A DNA stretch of 64,000 nucleotides from Macrostomum lignano (GCA_002269645.1 NIVC01000419.1:434001-498000); one strand, 5' to 3'; shown: positions 23,419 through 40,078, numbered from the stretch's first letter. The notes: generated by a model not told the origin, from the letters alone. Made by a program: numbers and translations.

Positions 23419-26400
23419 TCAATCTTTCTTTTCAATAGTCTCCACGCTGCCATAGCGCTGCGGCAGCGGATTGTCAACTTTGGAATTGGCCTTCATCAGC
23501 AGCCGCTCATCCGAGGTGTCATCCTGAAATTAGTGTGTTTTGTTAACGATCAAAGCACTTAATTTAATCTGTTATAAACGTTCAATATTCAATGTTCGCA
23601 TTGCCGTAGGCTCCCTGACACAGTGCCTTCGGTGACATAGAGCCCACAACACTCATACACCAAGGTCTACTCAAGCAGAATGACGGGAAATCTCGTTTCT
23701 TTGAAAATAAACAAATCTTAGAAATGTTATTTTTTATTCTACGGACAATTGTACATGTCCTGTGACTAAAAACCATTAAAATGGCACGGCTCGGCTCACT
23801 GGTTTTATAAATCGATTTTTTATTTTTAGCGGACTTTGTAACAAATAAGTCTAACAAAGATGATAAAATAGATTCATAAAAGCAAAGATTCGAGCTTTGC
23901 CACGCATTTTTATGATTTTTACGCACAGGGGATGTACATAAACATAAAATTAACATAAAATCCTTATTTCTGAACGAAAAGCTTTATACCAGGTAAATAT
24001 CAATATACCTGGTATATTGATATTTACCATGATATTTCTTATGTCTCATAGGTCTCATTTTTTCTTATGAGACATAAGAAAGTCTCAACATATCAAAAGA
24101 TGAAAATTGATGGGTCTGCCTCCTATTGAAGAAAAAATGAAAACTTCCTATATCTCCGTTGGGTATTTTTTTCGGAAAAAGAGCCTCCTAAAATTTTCTA
24201 AGAAACGAGGTTTCCCGTCCTTCTACTTGAGCAGTCCTTGTCATACACACGCTCACACAGGGTGCACAGTGGGCCAGACTTTCAAATGGTCAGTCTTGTA
24301 CACTCTCTGTGTCTTAGGGGTTGGCTCACATGGCTGTGAATTGCCCTCCTCCTCCCTACCCTCCTCTTCCGCGAAGTTTCTGATGAGGGTTAACAACAGC
24401 AACAGCCTCTTTCCAATCGTGGCTTAAGCGAAAGCCCACATGATCTGGTAGACGTAGTGTCAGAACTCACGATAAAGTTAATTTCAAATACGAGCTGACT
24501 ACTTCGTACTGCTAGCTACTACACTGACTGATTTAATGGCAATTTTACGGCTGATCAATGATTTCCTATAGATACTAGTTGTATTGTCACATAGCAAATT
24601 CAAGCTATGAGTGTACGAGTACTGTATGACAATTTAATTTCAGCTCGATCGCAGATTTGTAGAAATCAGAACCCGTTGGCTGTAATTTTAAAGGTGGGAC
24701 ACGTTGATTATTCGGCTAGCATCGAGAAAAAATTACCTCTTCCATTAATTTCGTCTGTTTCAGCGGTCTGTCCTTGGTCTCGATGGGCAGCAGAGCGGCG
24801 CTAACCGCGGCCAGCGCCAGAACTCCAGAGAAGATGAAAAGCCCGCCCAGAAGCGATACGCGAACAAGAAACATCTGAGCCACAAATGGCATCAGAATGG
24901 ACGCGATTCGACTGAACGACGAGAGAAATGCTACGGCAGTCGTTCGGAGCGAAGTCGGATAGGCCTCGAGAACGTACAGCCAGATCACACTGTATCCGCT
25001 GGTCACAAAGAAGCGGATGATGAAGAATAAGGTGATTCTGACAGCGATGTGTATGCAGAAGGCCAGCAGAGGGATGAGAACTGAGGCAACGCCCAGTGCA
25101 AATGACATGACGAGCCGACGACCGCAAAAGCGTACGACAACGAAAGCGTTCAGCAGAGCCGTGGCAAAGTCGGCGAGTGTAGGGATCTGAAATTCATGCA
25201 TAACACAGAAACTGTCTACAGCACAGGAAGTGACTACTGTTTAAGTAGTCACTTAGTCCTTAAGTGACGACTGTTTAATCTGAAAAGAAACTGTTTTGAA
25301 CAAGAATTTTTAGGCATCATTGATTGGCGAAGCGAAAAAAATGTTCGCGAGAGATCCGGTAGACGATATAAAAATTCTGCGATACTGAGGATAAAGTTTC
25401 AGAATAATCTAAATTAATAGAATTGAGACATACCATTAGTTCAATGTAGCTAATGGATTTACAGTTGCCACAGTTAGAAGCAAAACCTTCACTGTTAACT
25501 ACTGCAGAGGAGACGTTTCCCGTTGCCTGACATTTTTCGCGCAATAGTAGCGGTACCTGCACGTTCAACACAATCAGGCCGTAGTAGCTAAATCCCATTG
25601 CAAACGCGATCACGGCCAGCTGCAGACTCAGTCGCAGAAAGGTGGCTGGTCGAAGCATCTCCTTTAGACTACCATTCGCCTCTTTGGCATGCAAATCCGC
25701 ATCGGTAAAGTCGCCATGGTAACGAGGCTGGGAATTCGTGTCGGCCATTTTGTTTAGTGCTTGACGAGTTTCCTCAATTCGACCCTGCAAATGTTAATTT
25801 TTAATAAGATAGTCATTAATGTCGGACTTAATGCGCGCTATTTCTTCAATTTCCTATTTTCCTACGAGCATTCTCATTTGAGCTCTTGGGACACAAAAAA
25901 TTGTGCTAAGAAAATTGCGTACATTATATCATACCGGTACAGATAATGTTGTAAACCTCTGGTATTCTTTTACGCATCAATTAAATAGTGCCCGGATCTA
26001 ATGTAATATAATCTAATGTCTATGGCAAAGGTAAACTGTGCCAAGGAAGCCGATTTTCAAGTGTTTCTAAAGGCTGTTCGTCTGCAACAGGTCTTTTGCG
26101 TCGAGAATTTGAATCTTGTGACCAAGTCAAGAGGGATTTTTCCTGTAACTGTATGAATCCATTTGTTTAGCTTGGCGGACGGAGAAAGCGGACGGAGGAC
26201 GTAGGACAAATGGAAACGCTTGCATCCATCTCAAACCGTAGCACGGACCCGTGTACTTACGTGTGCTTATATTATGCGGATCGTGTAGATATTCATCGAA
26301 AGCATTCACCTACCTGCAGCAGACTCTGTCTTGGTGACACAGGCAGCCAGAACAGCCAAAACAGGCCAAGCAAAAGCATCGGCAGAACTGACACTCCGGC

Positions 26401-27675
26401 CAGGTATCTCCAGCCGTGAGTCAGATCCAGCAGCAGCCAAGCAAAGCCGACTTCCAAAAGTCCACCGAAACACCAGAAAGTCTGCGGAAAAAAATAATTA
26501 CTCAATCAATAGAAACTTGGCTGATACACGCCTTCAAACATGCCACGTTGCAAAATGTCAAAATCACGGTACGCAGCGTCAAATTAAATTTTACTGTAGT
26601 AGGTCATAGTTTAGAAACGGGTTAGAATACGTTTTTACACTACTGTCAGTAGTTCTAGCCAGAGAAAATATTCATGCTGGGTTAGATCGCGAATTTGGGT
26701 CTTCCTAATTATCGAGCGGTCAGAGGCTTGTCAGAGGCCTTGTCAGAACTTGTCAGAGTTACAAGCATAAAGGCAAGAAAAGTAAGGATAGATCGGGGTA
26801 AAACTGTTAACGGTAGTCGATGCCCATAACAGTGCACAAAAGGTAGCCAATGTCTAACTGAACTGCACCACCTTAAGGGAAGTATTTGCGAAAACCTATT
26901 GCATGCTCATTTCATTTTTGCTCGTTTTTTCTTTGAGTAAATAAATCGTTGGTTTCCTGTCTTTATTTTTGATCGCTAAGTACTGGGATTAGAGAAAATC
27001 AGGAACCTGCAGGTAGCAGCAACCTACCAAGTCAAACCAATTAAAATCCACTTATAATAATAAAACCAGTAGCCTAAGCCGCGAGGACACACTATTTAAT
27101 TACCTAAGCATATTTCATACCTGGAACACAAACCAAGCAGTTCCTCGTTGCTTTGTCGTCATGAACTCGCCCAATACAGCGCCTATAAGCGGCTGCACTC
27201 CTCCGACGCCCATGCCGACCAGGAAGCGAAGCAGCAGCACCCAGATCACGTTGGGAGCCAGAGCTGTCAGGCAACCGTAGAATACAACATAGCTCATGCA
27301 AACACTGTTGATAGAGCGACGGCAGAGCTTGTCGCCCAGCGGACCCCAAATATAGGCGCCAAAAAACATGCCTAGAAATGTCACCGACGTTATTGACGAC
27401 TTCCAACCGTCGCCTATGTGCCAGACGCACTGCAGCCGCTCACCGACCATGCTGACGTACTGGATCTGCATCTTGTCGCTGGCTTGAATCAGGCCGCATA
27501 GAATGATTACGATTACCTGCCAGAAACAATTACCTGGGATTTAAAACCAAAATGCAATACACAAGTACCAGTGTCTCTGCTTTAGTGAAGTTTTTACCTG
27601 AAAGCGTCCGAATCCGATGCCGTCGATAACGGAGTTGATCTCTCTCGGCTCGATTCCCGCTTCACCGCTGGGCAT
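23419..27675 (-). CDS. SVOP: SVOP/SV2-like MFS transporter, paralog 1 (6 exons, 515 aa)
   Basis: Exons 27675-27598, 27516-27121, 26481-26314, 25784-25434, 25186-24737 and 23523-23419; all introns phase 0 with GT-AG. Motifs IDGIGFGRFQ, LLRFLVGMGVGG, GWRYL, WLPVSPR, EAYPTSLRTTA...SRIASI. Confidence 0.9.
23661..24240. mobile_element. 580-bp non-autonomous DNA transposon (MITE), hAT- or P-type, in the last SVOP-1 intron
   Basis: ~50-bp imperfect TIRs starting CAAGG(T/A)CT(A/G)CTCAAG..GAA.GACGGGAAA.CTCGTTTCTT. Exact 8-bp TSD TCATACAC at 23653-23660 and 24241-24248. Confidence 0.9.
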
Positions 27676-29599
27676 TATTGTTGCTCTGAAGGATTTCTTT
27701 TTGACTAGAAAGCACACGCGGCAGCAAGGCAAGGTGTAGTGTCGTGATACGTGTTTGACCTATTTTGAACTATTAGGCAATACTAGAATTTTCAAAACTC
27801 CAATCCTGCGCACTAGCTACTGCTGTCTCGTTTCGTGCCCACTCTCTTTTGCAAGACCAGTTAAATGAGAAACGTGCCAAACACTACTCGAGACCCGTGC
27901 GACCCTTCTGCACCCGAATTGCTTCGTCCAAGCAACTCTAACTGCTCCAGCGTTCTATACTTCACCCCTATTTTGGTTAGAGCGCATTCAGTCATGTGGC
28001 GAACGACTGTCTGCTTTTGGTATATTGTAGTCTATACTCAGATTTTTCATTGGTCAGACAGACAATGAATGCATCCAACGTTTAGGCTAAATCTTTTATT
28101 ACGCAGTAAGTAGTAGCTTACTGCGTATCACAGTGGGGCGCCATATGCTTTAGAATTTATGACTCTCGCATGGTTTTTTCTGCTGCAGAATGGAATCCAC
28201 AGCTATGTATACTAAAGCCAGGCCGCACTAAATGCTCAGTAGGTATGGACAGTTAGTAATTTACAACAACAAAGTAAAAAAAATACGCGGTCAGCGTCAC
28301 AGGGCGCTTTCAGGGCCAGGGCGCGAACGAACGCCACGCCGCCGACCGAATCTGGGGCGCCGGCGTCAGCTAGCAGGCAGTCGATGAAACGCCGAGTGCC
28401 GGTAGAGTGCCTGCAGCGTCCCTACAGCGGCGCAACAGGTCGCTTGGACAAACCAGCCCGGCGTGGTGATACAAAGCCGCGTACGTTGGTCACTCATTCG
28501 TAGCCGATCTTGAAGGCGCCTCACAGCAGGCTAGCATGCGCCACGTCAACTTGTTGCTCGAGCGGCTCCGTCAAGAGACTGTCTCCGTCGAGACTCGAGA
28601 AGTCTCGACCACCGCCTGGAACAACGCCGCCCTCTGGCAGTCAGGTAGGGCCTTGGACTGCAGGACAATAAGTAATTTAGCTAGTGCGCATAGCATGCTC
28701 TAGACTTTTGACGCAGCATAAGGGTATCAACGTTGACACATGAACGACACTCGGCTCGACGTACGTAATCATGGTTCTTTTCCTTCAGTTTAAAGAGATC
28801 ATACAGCAGCTGGCTACTCACCGCGGTGTTTTGCTGGGCTGCAGTAGCACTATGAACTGGTTTTGAAACGCCGAGTGAGCATCATCTCCGATGACAAATT
28901 CAAGGTCGAATTCAATGCCTATGGTCAAAGTGCGTAATTTTCACGGGGTAGGAGGTGCGGTCCAGCGCTATGAGTCTAGACAGGAAGGGAAACTGTATAA
29001 AAAGCGAGTCAAATTTGACCACTCGACTGGTAAGAACCTTTAGAACCTTAGATCCTACTCTATATTCTCTAGATGGGCCACTCAGCTATAGGGACTGTGG
29101 GGAAGATCGCGACTACGAAAATATTATTTTGCCAGTGAAAACGCCGACTTTTATGAAGCAAAACTTTTATTCGGTAGTTTTTGGAACACAGATTTTATTT
29201 TATGCTCAAGGCACTGGTAAGATGGCATGGAATTTTAATTAGACTACAAGTGCGGAGGCGAGGGTCGCCCATTCCGCTACTCATTGGACAACAACGCAAC
29301 GCTTGATGCAGCCGTTGCCTCACTTGTCTCTTTCATGAACAAAACAAAGGAACGAAGAGCGTTCACAACTACTGAAAAGATTTTAATGTCACGGATTTTT
29401 TATCACTGCTGCTGCGCTGGACTCTATGACTTTGCTTATATTCTTGAGAATATCTAGAGAATATAGGATCTATGGTAGAGCGAACTGTTTTTCATATTGT
29501 TCCTTTTGTCTAGGCAGCAATTTTATTGTTTACTGGCTATACGGTTGTTGCTTTTGGCTGTAAACTATTACAATTATTGCCCGGTAATTCTTGCATTAG

Positions 29600-30100
29600 A
29601 CCATAGACAAAAGGTAGCAATACTCAATACAGATTGCGCAATCCCAACCATAGACAAACGGAAACAATTCTCAATACAGATTGCGCTACCCCAACCATAG
29701 ACAAACGGAAACAATTCTCAATACAGACTGCGCTACCCCAACCATAGACAAACGGAAACAATTCTCAATACAGACTGCGCTACCCCAACCATAGACAAAC
29801 GGAAACAATTCTCAATACAGACTGCGCTACCCCAACCATAGACAAACGGAAACAATTCTCAATACAGACTGCGCTACCCCAACCATAGACAAACGGAAAC
29901 AATTCTCAATACAGACTGCGCTACCCCAACCAGTAGACAAACGGAAACAATTCTCAATACAGACTGCGCTACCCCAACCAGTAGACAAACGGAAACAATT
30001 CTCAATACAGACTGCGCTACCCCAACCATAGACAAACGGAAACAATTCTCAATACAAACTGCGCTATCCCAACCATAGGCAAAAGGAAACAATACTTAAA
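29600..30100. repeat. 47-bp minisatellite CCAACCATAGACAAACGGAAACAATTCTCAATACAGACTGCGCTACC
   Basis: About 10 head-to-tail copies with no spacers. Confidence 0.95.
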
Positions 30101-30646
30101 TACAGAATACTGAGGGAATGTGAAGATTGCATGAATATCACAATTGAGGTTAATTGGCTTTTGGAAGATTTTTTAAAGCCCAAATGCTTACGATCCAGCT
30201 ACAATACATTATGCGTTGGAACTAAAATTTCAGAGTTAGCTAGGTGTGTCACTTAAAGTCAGAATATGGCATTCCACATATATGGCATCCAGGTGGCAAG
30301 AACATATTCCTCATGCACAGTCGCTGTCATTTGTGAGGCATCATTTTTAACCGACAATAAGGCACATCAGACACAAAGTAGTGTATTATGTGTCTTTAAT
30401 TTTCTTTTGTTTGTTCAAAATATAATTATCCTTGTCACAGAACCAAACAGACTTTGTTCGAAAGTCATTTCAGGCAACAAAAAGTTTCAGTTAGAAAAAA
30501 GAATGCACTAGCCAATCATGCTACTAAATTTTAATTTGATGTAAAGTTTTGAGAACTAATTGAGACAAAATATGAATGCACCTTGGTTCTTGCTTTCTGA
30601 ACAAAAATTATTCGCTTTTTCAAGTATACATATTATGTAAGTTTTG

Positions 30647-34439
<3,793 letters not shown>

Positions 34440-35198
34440 CGAAATTATTTTTAAGCAAAAAAGCTATAGGTACCACTATTTAGTTCCAATTTAGCACTTG
34501 CTATTTATGTCTGCTTCTTTTGTTTGTCTCAGCCCCGTAGGCATGTACTGTATAAGAGTGCGGCCATTGTCCTCTAAACTTGAACAATGATGGGATTGGT
34601 CGTTGAAAATTTCAGTATTTGCCCACGCCTAGATGTAGTGCAAATTTTAACGCCTAAAGTGCTTCACTTTGTGTCAATTCTAACAAATTGCTGCACCTTC
34701 TCTGTCACTACGCGCCCCGTCACGGCAATTCCCCCGTTTATTCGTGTGCCTTGCGCGTGTTTTCAGCATGTGTTTCTTCAAATTATACAGGAGCAACTCA
34801 AACACATGTAGTGCAGTGGTTTCCACACAGACAATAAAGTGAATAAAAAACTTAATTGCGAGCATTTTTTCTCAGGTCAGTATGAATTAAATGTGTTAAA
34901 ACTCGTGAGCAAATGCTCACGCGTCTTCTCTGCGGGTTTGTCCTTCGAACTTGAGAAAATTCTGGTTTTACTGTGTAAATAATCCAGTCAGTAGGAATAA
35001 AACTCGGTCATAGGACTAAACTGCTGGGACCAATTTCATGAAGCACTGCTAAACCAAAGTAAGTTGGCAAGTTTTGGTTTCATGTCTGTGGATTTGTGCC
35101 ATGGACAAAAATCTATGCGGCAAGAACATGGGCCCTCTCAAGGCGAGAAGGCTCGAATTTATGGAATATGAAGCGGCTTTTCGTCACTTTGTATTAAA

Positions 35199-35492
35199 AT
35201 GACGTCCATCGATCAGAAAAAAAAACTTTTTCTGTCCGTGATGGGAGCTTGCAAGTCAATACCGTATGGTAGTTTGGCAGACGTTTCTGAGGCAAAGAGA
35301 AAGAAAAGAAAGGCGTGGGAGGAGATTAGAGCTGCCATGGAGTCCAATGGACTGAGCAAGTCTGTTGAGCATACCTGCGAGACATGGAAAAATAGTCGGC
35401 TGACATCCATAAAGAAAATTGACGCTCAGAAGATAGGCTTTTTTCCTTTGCGATCCTACAGTTTCTGCCAAAAACAAAAATTTTCCGGTTAG
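35199..35492 (+). CDS. Myb/SANT-like (MADF-type) DNA-binding domain ORF, as in Harbinger-associated proteins
   Basis: KKKLFLSVM...KRKKRKAWEEIRAAMESNGLSKSVEHTCETWKNSRLTSIKK has the W...W helical pattern. It may continue into the 35510-37057 frame via a short intron or a frameshift. Confidence 0.65.
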   Translation: MTSIDQKKKLFLSVMGACKSIPYGSLADVSEAKRKKRKAWEEIRAAMESNGLSKSVEHTCETWKNSRLTSIKKIDAQKIGFFPLRSYSFCQKQKFSG

Positions 35493-35509
35493 AAGAAGGA
35501 GGCTTCGAA

Positions 35510-36990
35510 ATGAAACCAATAAGACTCAGGGTGGAACTAGTAAGACTCAGGGTGGAACTAGTAAGACTCAGGATAGAGCCAATAAGACTCAGGGTGGAAC
35601 CAATAAGACTCAGGGTGGAACTAGTAAGACTCAGGATAGAGCCAATAAGACTCAGGGTGGAACCAATAAGACTCAGGGTGGAACCAAAAAGACTCAGGGT
35701 GGAAGCAATAAGACTCAGGGTGGAAGCAATAAGACTCAGGGTGGAACCAATAAGACTCAGGGTGGAACTAGTAAGACTCAGGATAGAGCCAATAAGGCTC
35801 AGGGTGAAACCAATAAGACTCAGGGTGGAACAAGTAAGACTCAGGATAGAGCCAATAAGACTCAGGGTGGAACCAATAAGACTCAGGATAGAGCCAATAA
35901 GACTCAGGGTGGAACCAATAAGACTCAGGGTGGAACTAGTAAGACTCAGGGTGGAACTAGTAAGACTCAGGGTGGAACTAGTAAGACTCAGGGTGGAACT
36001 AGTAAGACTCAGGGTGGAACTAGTAAGACTCAGGATAGAGCCAATAAGACTCAGGGTGGAACCAATAAGACTCAGGGTGGAACTAGTAAGACTCAGGATA
36101 GAGCCAATAAGACTCTGGGTGGAACCAATAACACTCAGGGTGGAACCAAAAAGACTCAGGGTGGAAGCAATAAGACTCAGGGTGGAAGCAATAAGACTCA
36201 GGGTGGAACCAATAAGACTCAGGGTGGAACTAGTAAGACTCAGGATAGAGCCAATAAGACTCAGGGTGAAACCAATAAGACTCAGGGTGGAACAAGTAAG
36301 ACTCAGGATAGAGCCAATAAGACTCAGGGTGGAACCAATAAGACTCAGGATAGAGCCAATAAGACTCAGGGTGGAACCAATAAGACTCAGGGTGGAACTA
36401 GTAAGACTCAGGGTGGAACTAGTAAGACTCAGGGTGGAACTAGTAAGACTCAGGGTGGAACCAATAAGACTCAGGATGGAACCAATAAGACTCAGGATGG
36501 AGCCAATAAGACTCAGGGTGGAACCAATAAGACTCAGGGTGGAACCAATAAGACTCAGGGTGGAACCAATAAGACTCAGGGTGGAACTAGTAAGACTCAG
36601 GATAGAGCCAATAAGACTCAGGGTGAAACCAATAAGACTCAGGGTGGAACCAATAAGACTCAGGGTGGAACTAGTAAGACTCAGGGTGAAACCAATAAGA
36701 CTCAGGGTGGAACCAATAAGACTCAGGGTGGAACCAATAAGACTCAGGGTGGAAGCAATAAGACTCAGGGTGGAACCAATAAGACTCAGGGTGGAACCAA
36801 TAAGACTCAGGGTGGAACTAGTAAGACTCAGGGTGGAACTAGTAAGACTCAGGGTGGAACTAGTAAGACTCAGGGAGAAACCAATAAGACTCAGAGTGGA
36901 ACTAGTAAGACTCAGGGTGGAACTAGTAAGACTCAGAGTGAAACCAACAAGACTCAGAGTGGAACTAGTAAGTCTCAGGGTGGAACCAGT
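35510..36990. repeat. 21-bp minisatellite (GTGGAACCAATAAGACTCAGG / GTGGAACTAGTAAGACTCAGG), open on both strands
   Basis: About 70 units. A 462-bp (22-unit) higher-order duplication is marked by CCAAAAA at 35684 and 36146. Confidence 0.96.
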
Positions 36991-37039
36991 TCGCATCAGG
37001 GTGTCCAAGTGCCACCTGCTGAAGGTCCAGAAGCTCCGC

Positions 37040-37480
37040 CTGGGTGAAGGCCAGTGACCAACGAAGCCAGATCTGATGCAGGCGCATGTGATCGACGTGC
37101 TGATGAAATTTGGAGGCTTGGCAAGGCTGCACTGAGGCGCGGTGCTGATTGGCGCACAGGGGTGTACTGAATACACTGGCGCTATGGGAAAAATCCGACA
37201 TTCAGGCAGAATCGTTTAATATCTCGACGGTCCGGAGGGCTGGCGACTTGATTCTTGTTTGAGAAGGTGCGCAACAAAAAGTTTTTGCTGCCCGTGTTCT
37301 TGACTTTCGTGTGCCTGCGCTGCTCCGTTCCGGCGCAGCAAACGAAATTGTCCCCGGCCCCCTTGGTAGTTTGACGGGCGGAAAATGGCTGGGTACTCCC
37401 ACTGTTGATGAAGGCAAGAACACAGAGCAAGGCGGTCAGAAACAGGTCCAGCCTCACCAGATACACGCATCCGTCATCAG
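37040..37480 (-). pseudogene. Possible decayed Harbinger/PIF (HARBI1-like) transposase fragment
   Basis: Minus-strand LLCVLAFINSGSTQ resembles HARBI1 VLAALGFYTSGSFQ. It is followed by KRFCLNVGFFP and, after a stop/frame change, VYSVH...STAP...SITC...GHWPS (cf. VDCIH...KAP...SLNC...NWPGS). Matched by eye only. Confidence 0.35.
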
Positions 37481-38099
37481 CACCCGCAGCCTCCCAATTC
37501 GCCAGGGCTCCAGCGGGCGCCCGCGACACCTCGTTGACGTCCGTGTCGACCCGTTTTCGAACTCCAGCAACCCGAGCCAGCAGCCCATTGGTGGGGTCCT
37601 GGACAGCCTCCAGCCCAGCCTCCGTCACCCGCATGTGCCAGCTCCATCAGCCCAATGCCCCCATCTTCGCTACTTCATGCAGGCACCTCTGCTTGCGGAG
37701 AGCCCAGCAGGGGAGTTGCTGAGGCAGCGCAACGGCTTCCTCATTTGGGAAAATTTTCAATTTCTGAGATGGCCATATGGGGCTGATGGCTTGGACAGCT
37801 GCTGGTGGGGGCGATTTCACTCCTGCCTACCCGCGGCACTCGCAGCCGCATCCCAACAGTTTCGCACCTCCGCGCCACCAGCATGCGGAGCGGCGACTCG
37901 CCTCCCCCATTTGTCAAATCTCGCTATTCATCAAGAGCGGCTGAGGTGGCTGCAGCCTGAGTTGACGGCTTGGACAGCAGCTGGTTGCTAGGGGCGATTT
38001 AGTTCAACAACGGGAGCAGGATAAATTTTACTGCATGCAGGATTTCTGCTGCTACCTCATCTCGAGCTCTCGAATTCGCAATATCGCACTGCAGCCAGC

Positions 38100-39133
38100 A
38101 TGGCAACCAGCTTCATCGCTACTCCAGTCTCCGTTCTGCTCGCAGCGGCCTGCCTGGCCCAACTGGTCCACTGCGAAAGCCTACCAGGCTACTGGCACCG
38201 CCTGAGCAGCCCGCAATGTCTGCCTGAGAATCTGACCGTTCGAGCTGCCCAGATTCCGACAGGCATCATCGAGTGCCTTGACTACGGCGCCTCGAGCGGC
38301 CTGCAGGTGGCCCAGTTCGACTCGGACACCGGCCAGTGCTCGCTCTTCCAATACATTGCAGTGCGCCACCTCATCGATGGACTCGCTGCTGCAGATAGCT
38401 CGCTGCCCGGCCGCTGTGCCGCATTCGCCAATGCCAAAGCTGCCGGCTTCATCACCTTGAGCAAGAAGCTGGGCGTCAAGCTGAGGGCCGCCTGGGTGAT
38501 GAGCAACGATGCGGACGCCAGCAGGAGCAACTTGGTGTGCAGCCAGACGCAGCAGTGGATGTCGGAGAATGTGGAGTGGAGCAGCGAGGGAGCCAAGCTT
38601 GACGGAGTGTCGTCCAAGATGTGGCTGGAGAACGTGGAGTTCGCCAGCGTGCAGCAGGGACTCACGTGGCTGGTCAGACTCAAGCGAACTGTCCGAGTGA
38701 AGGCAGCGCTGCTCGAATCCTACAACTGCGATATTTTGGCGGATGGGGCCTGTACTTCACCAGGGTGGCTCCATCTTACTTTGACAACTACCTGCCTCCC
38801 GCCTGGAACTCGTTTGACCCTAATGGATTCGTTGAGGTCGGCGTCACTTCGGCCTCTCCTTTAAGCCACGACTTCTTCTCCAACTCCGGGTTTGTGCCGA
38901 GGTCTGCTGCGGAGCGAGCTTCCCGGACTGCCGCTACCGTGCCGACATGTCGCTGCATCCGCTTGGGCTTTCGACATGGCGACTCGCGAATGCTGAACGG
39001 CACGGTGCAGGCGGTGGCCATCATGAACGACACGATGACGGAGGCTGAGATCCGCAGCTTCTTCGATTTGATGCGGTCACCCTCAGCTGGCAGCTGCCTT
39101 CGCTATCGCTGCACCTTTTGCACCTCAACGTAA
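38100..39133 (+). CDS. Secreted PAN/apple-like + LamG/ConA-like domain protein with a 1-nt frameshift at 38734-38737
   Basis: Signal peptide; IIECLDYG...QFDSDTGQCSL; GAKLDGVSSKMWLEN...LTWLVRLK...ALLESY. Reading continues in the -1 frame as GWGLYF...IRLGFRHGDSRMLNGTVQAVAIMNDTMTEAEIRSFF, a typical LamG3 C-terminus. Confidence 0.7.
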
Positions 39134-40078
39134 TGAACGAAATGCTTTTACTCAAAGATCTTATAATTCAAGCTGAAATTTTCCGCGCCCACTAAAGCTG
39201 AGCTAAAGCCTTAAAAACTGAAGTTTTTATTTGAGCAATGTATGAGCTGTTATTAAAAATACAAAAAGTATTGGAATCAGACAAATACTACATGTCAAGG
39301 CTCATGGGGGAAGTACTGAAATTCTTGGGCTCAGTAGTGGAAATGGATGACACGTCAAGTTTCATTTGGGGAATCGCTGAAATGCTGTGGCTGCCGCATT
39401 GCTGAGCATTTCGGGGAATCGCTGAGATGTCAAAAGGCTCATGGGCGAATTGCTGATATATCAAGGCTCATACGAGTTGCTCAGATGCTTTGAGCCAAAG
39501 CTAATACGAGTATAGAGGATCTGCACGATATCTTAGGTGAGATAGCTTGCTTTCAGGCGAATGCTTTTTTGCTTTAAACTTCTTTCCCTTAAGAAATGAA
39601 CAATAGTGGCTGTACAAAGTCAAAACGCACGTAGTTTGTTCAATTTTTGTCTTCCTCTGTGGCCGCCATAACGGGGGGCGCAGGTTGCTATTTTTCTAGC
39701 ACTTATTCTCAGCAGACGACGCCAACATTGCCACTTATCTCTCCAGTTTTTTAACTTGTCGGAAATTCTTACGGAGTCTCCTGCAACTCCTTATCGTGCT
39801 ATTCCAATTATAAGTTGCTATACAGTATTTGCATTTCAGTTTTTCCACTCGAATCAGTATCTACTAATGGCTTGTTTGCAAAGGTAGCAGCTGAAGAGTA
39901 GGCATTGCAATTATTTGGCCCAGGCGTTTCCGTGAATAAAAGTCGTTGAAATTTTCGCGAGTAGCAACGAAGCTTAGGCGATAGACGAACGATCTTTGTT
40001 AGAACGTTGAGTGACATAGAAGAGCTTAGAGAGCAGTTTCCATTTTTAGCGAATTCCACAATTCCGAAAGAACATTTG

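Noticed and set aside
29600-30100. CRISPR-like appearance of 30-47-bp arrays (also 17395, 18488, 54835, 59680)
   Set aside because: Units are head-to-tail with no unique spacers, there are no cas genes, and the context is eukaryotic intron.
38734-38737. Programmed -1 ribosomal frameshift
   Set aside because: No X XXY YYZ heptamer or evident stimulatory structure; an indel is the simpler explanation.
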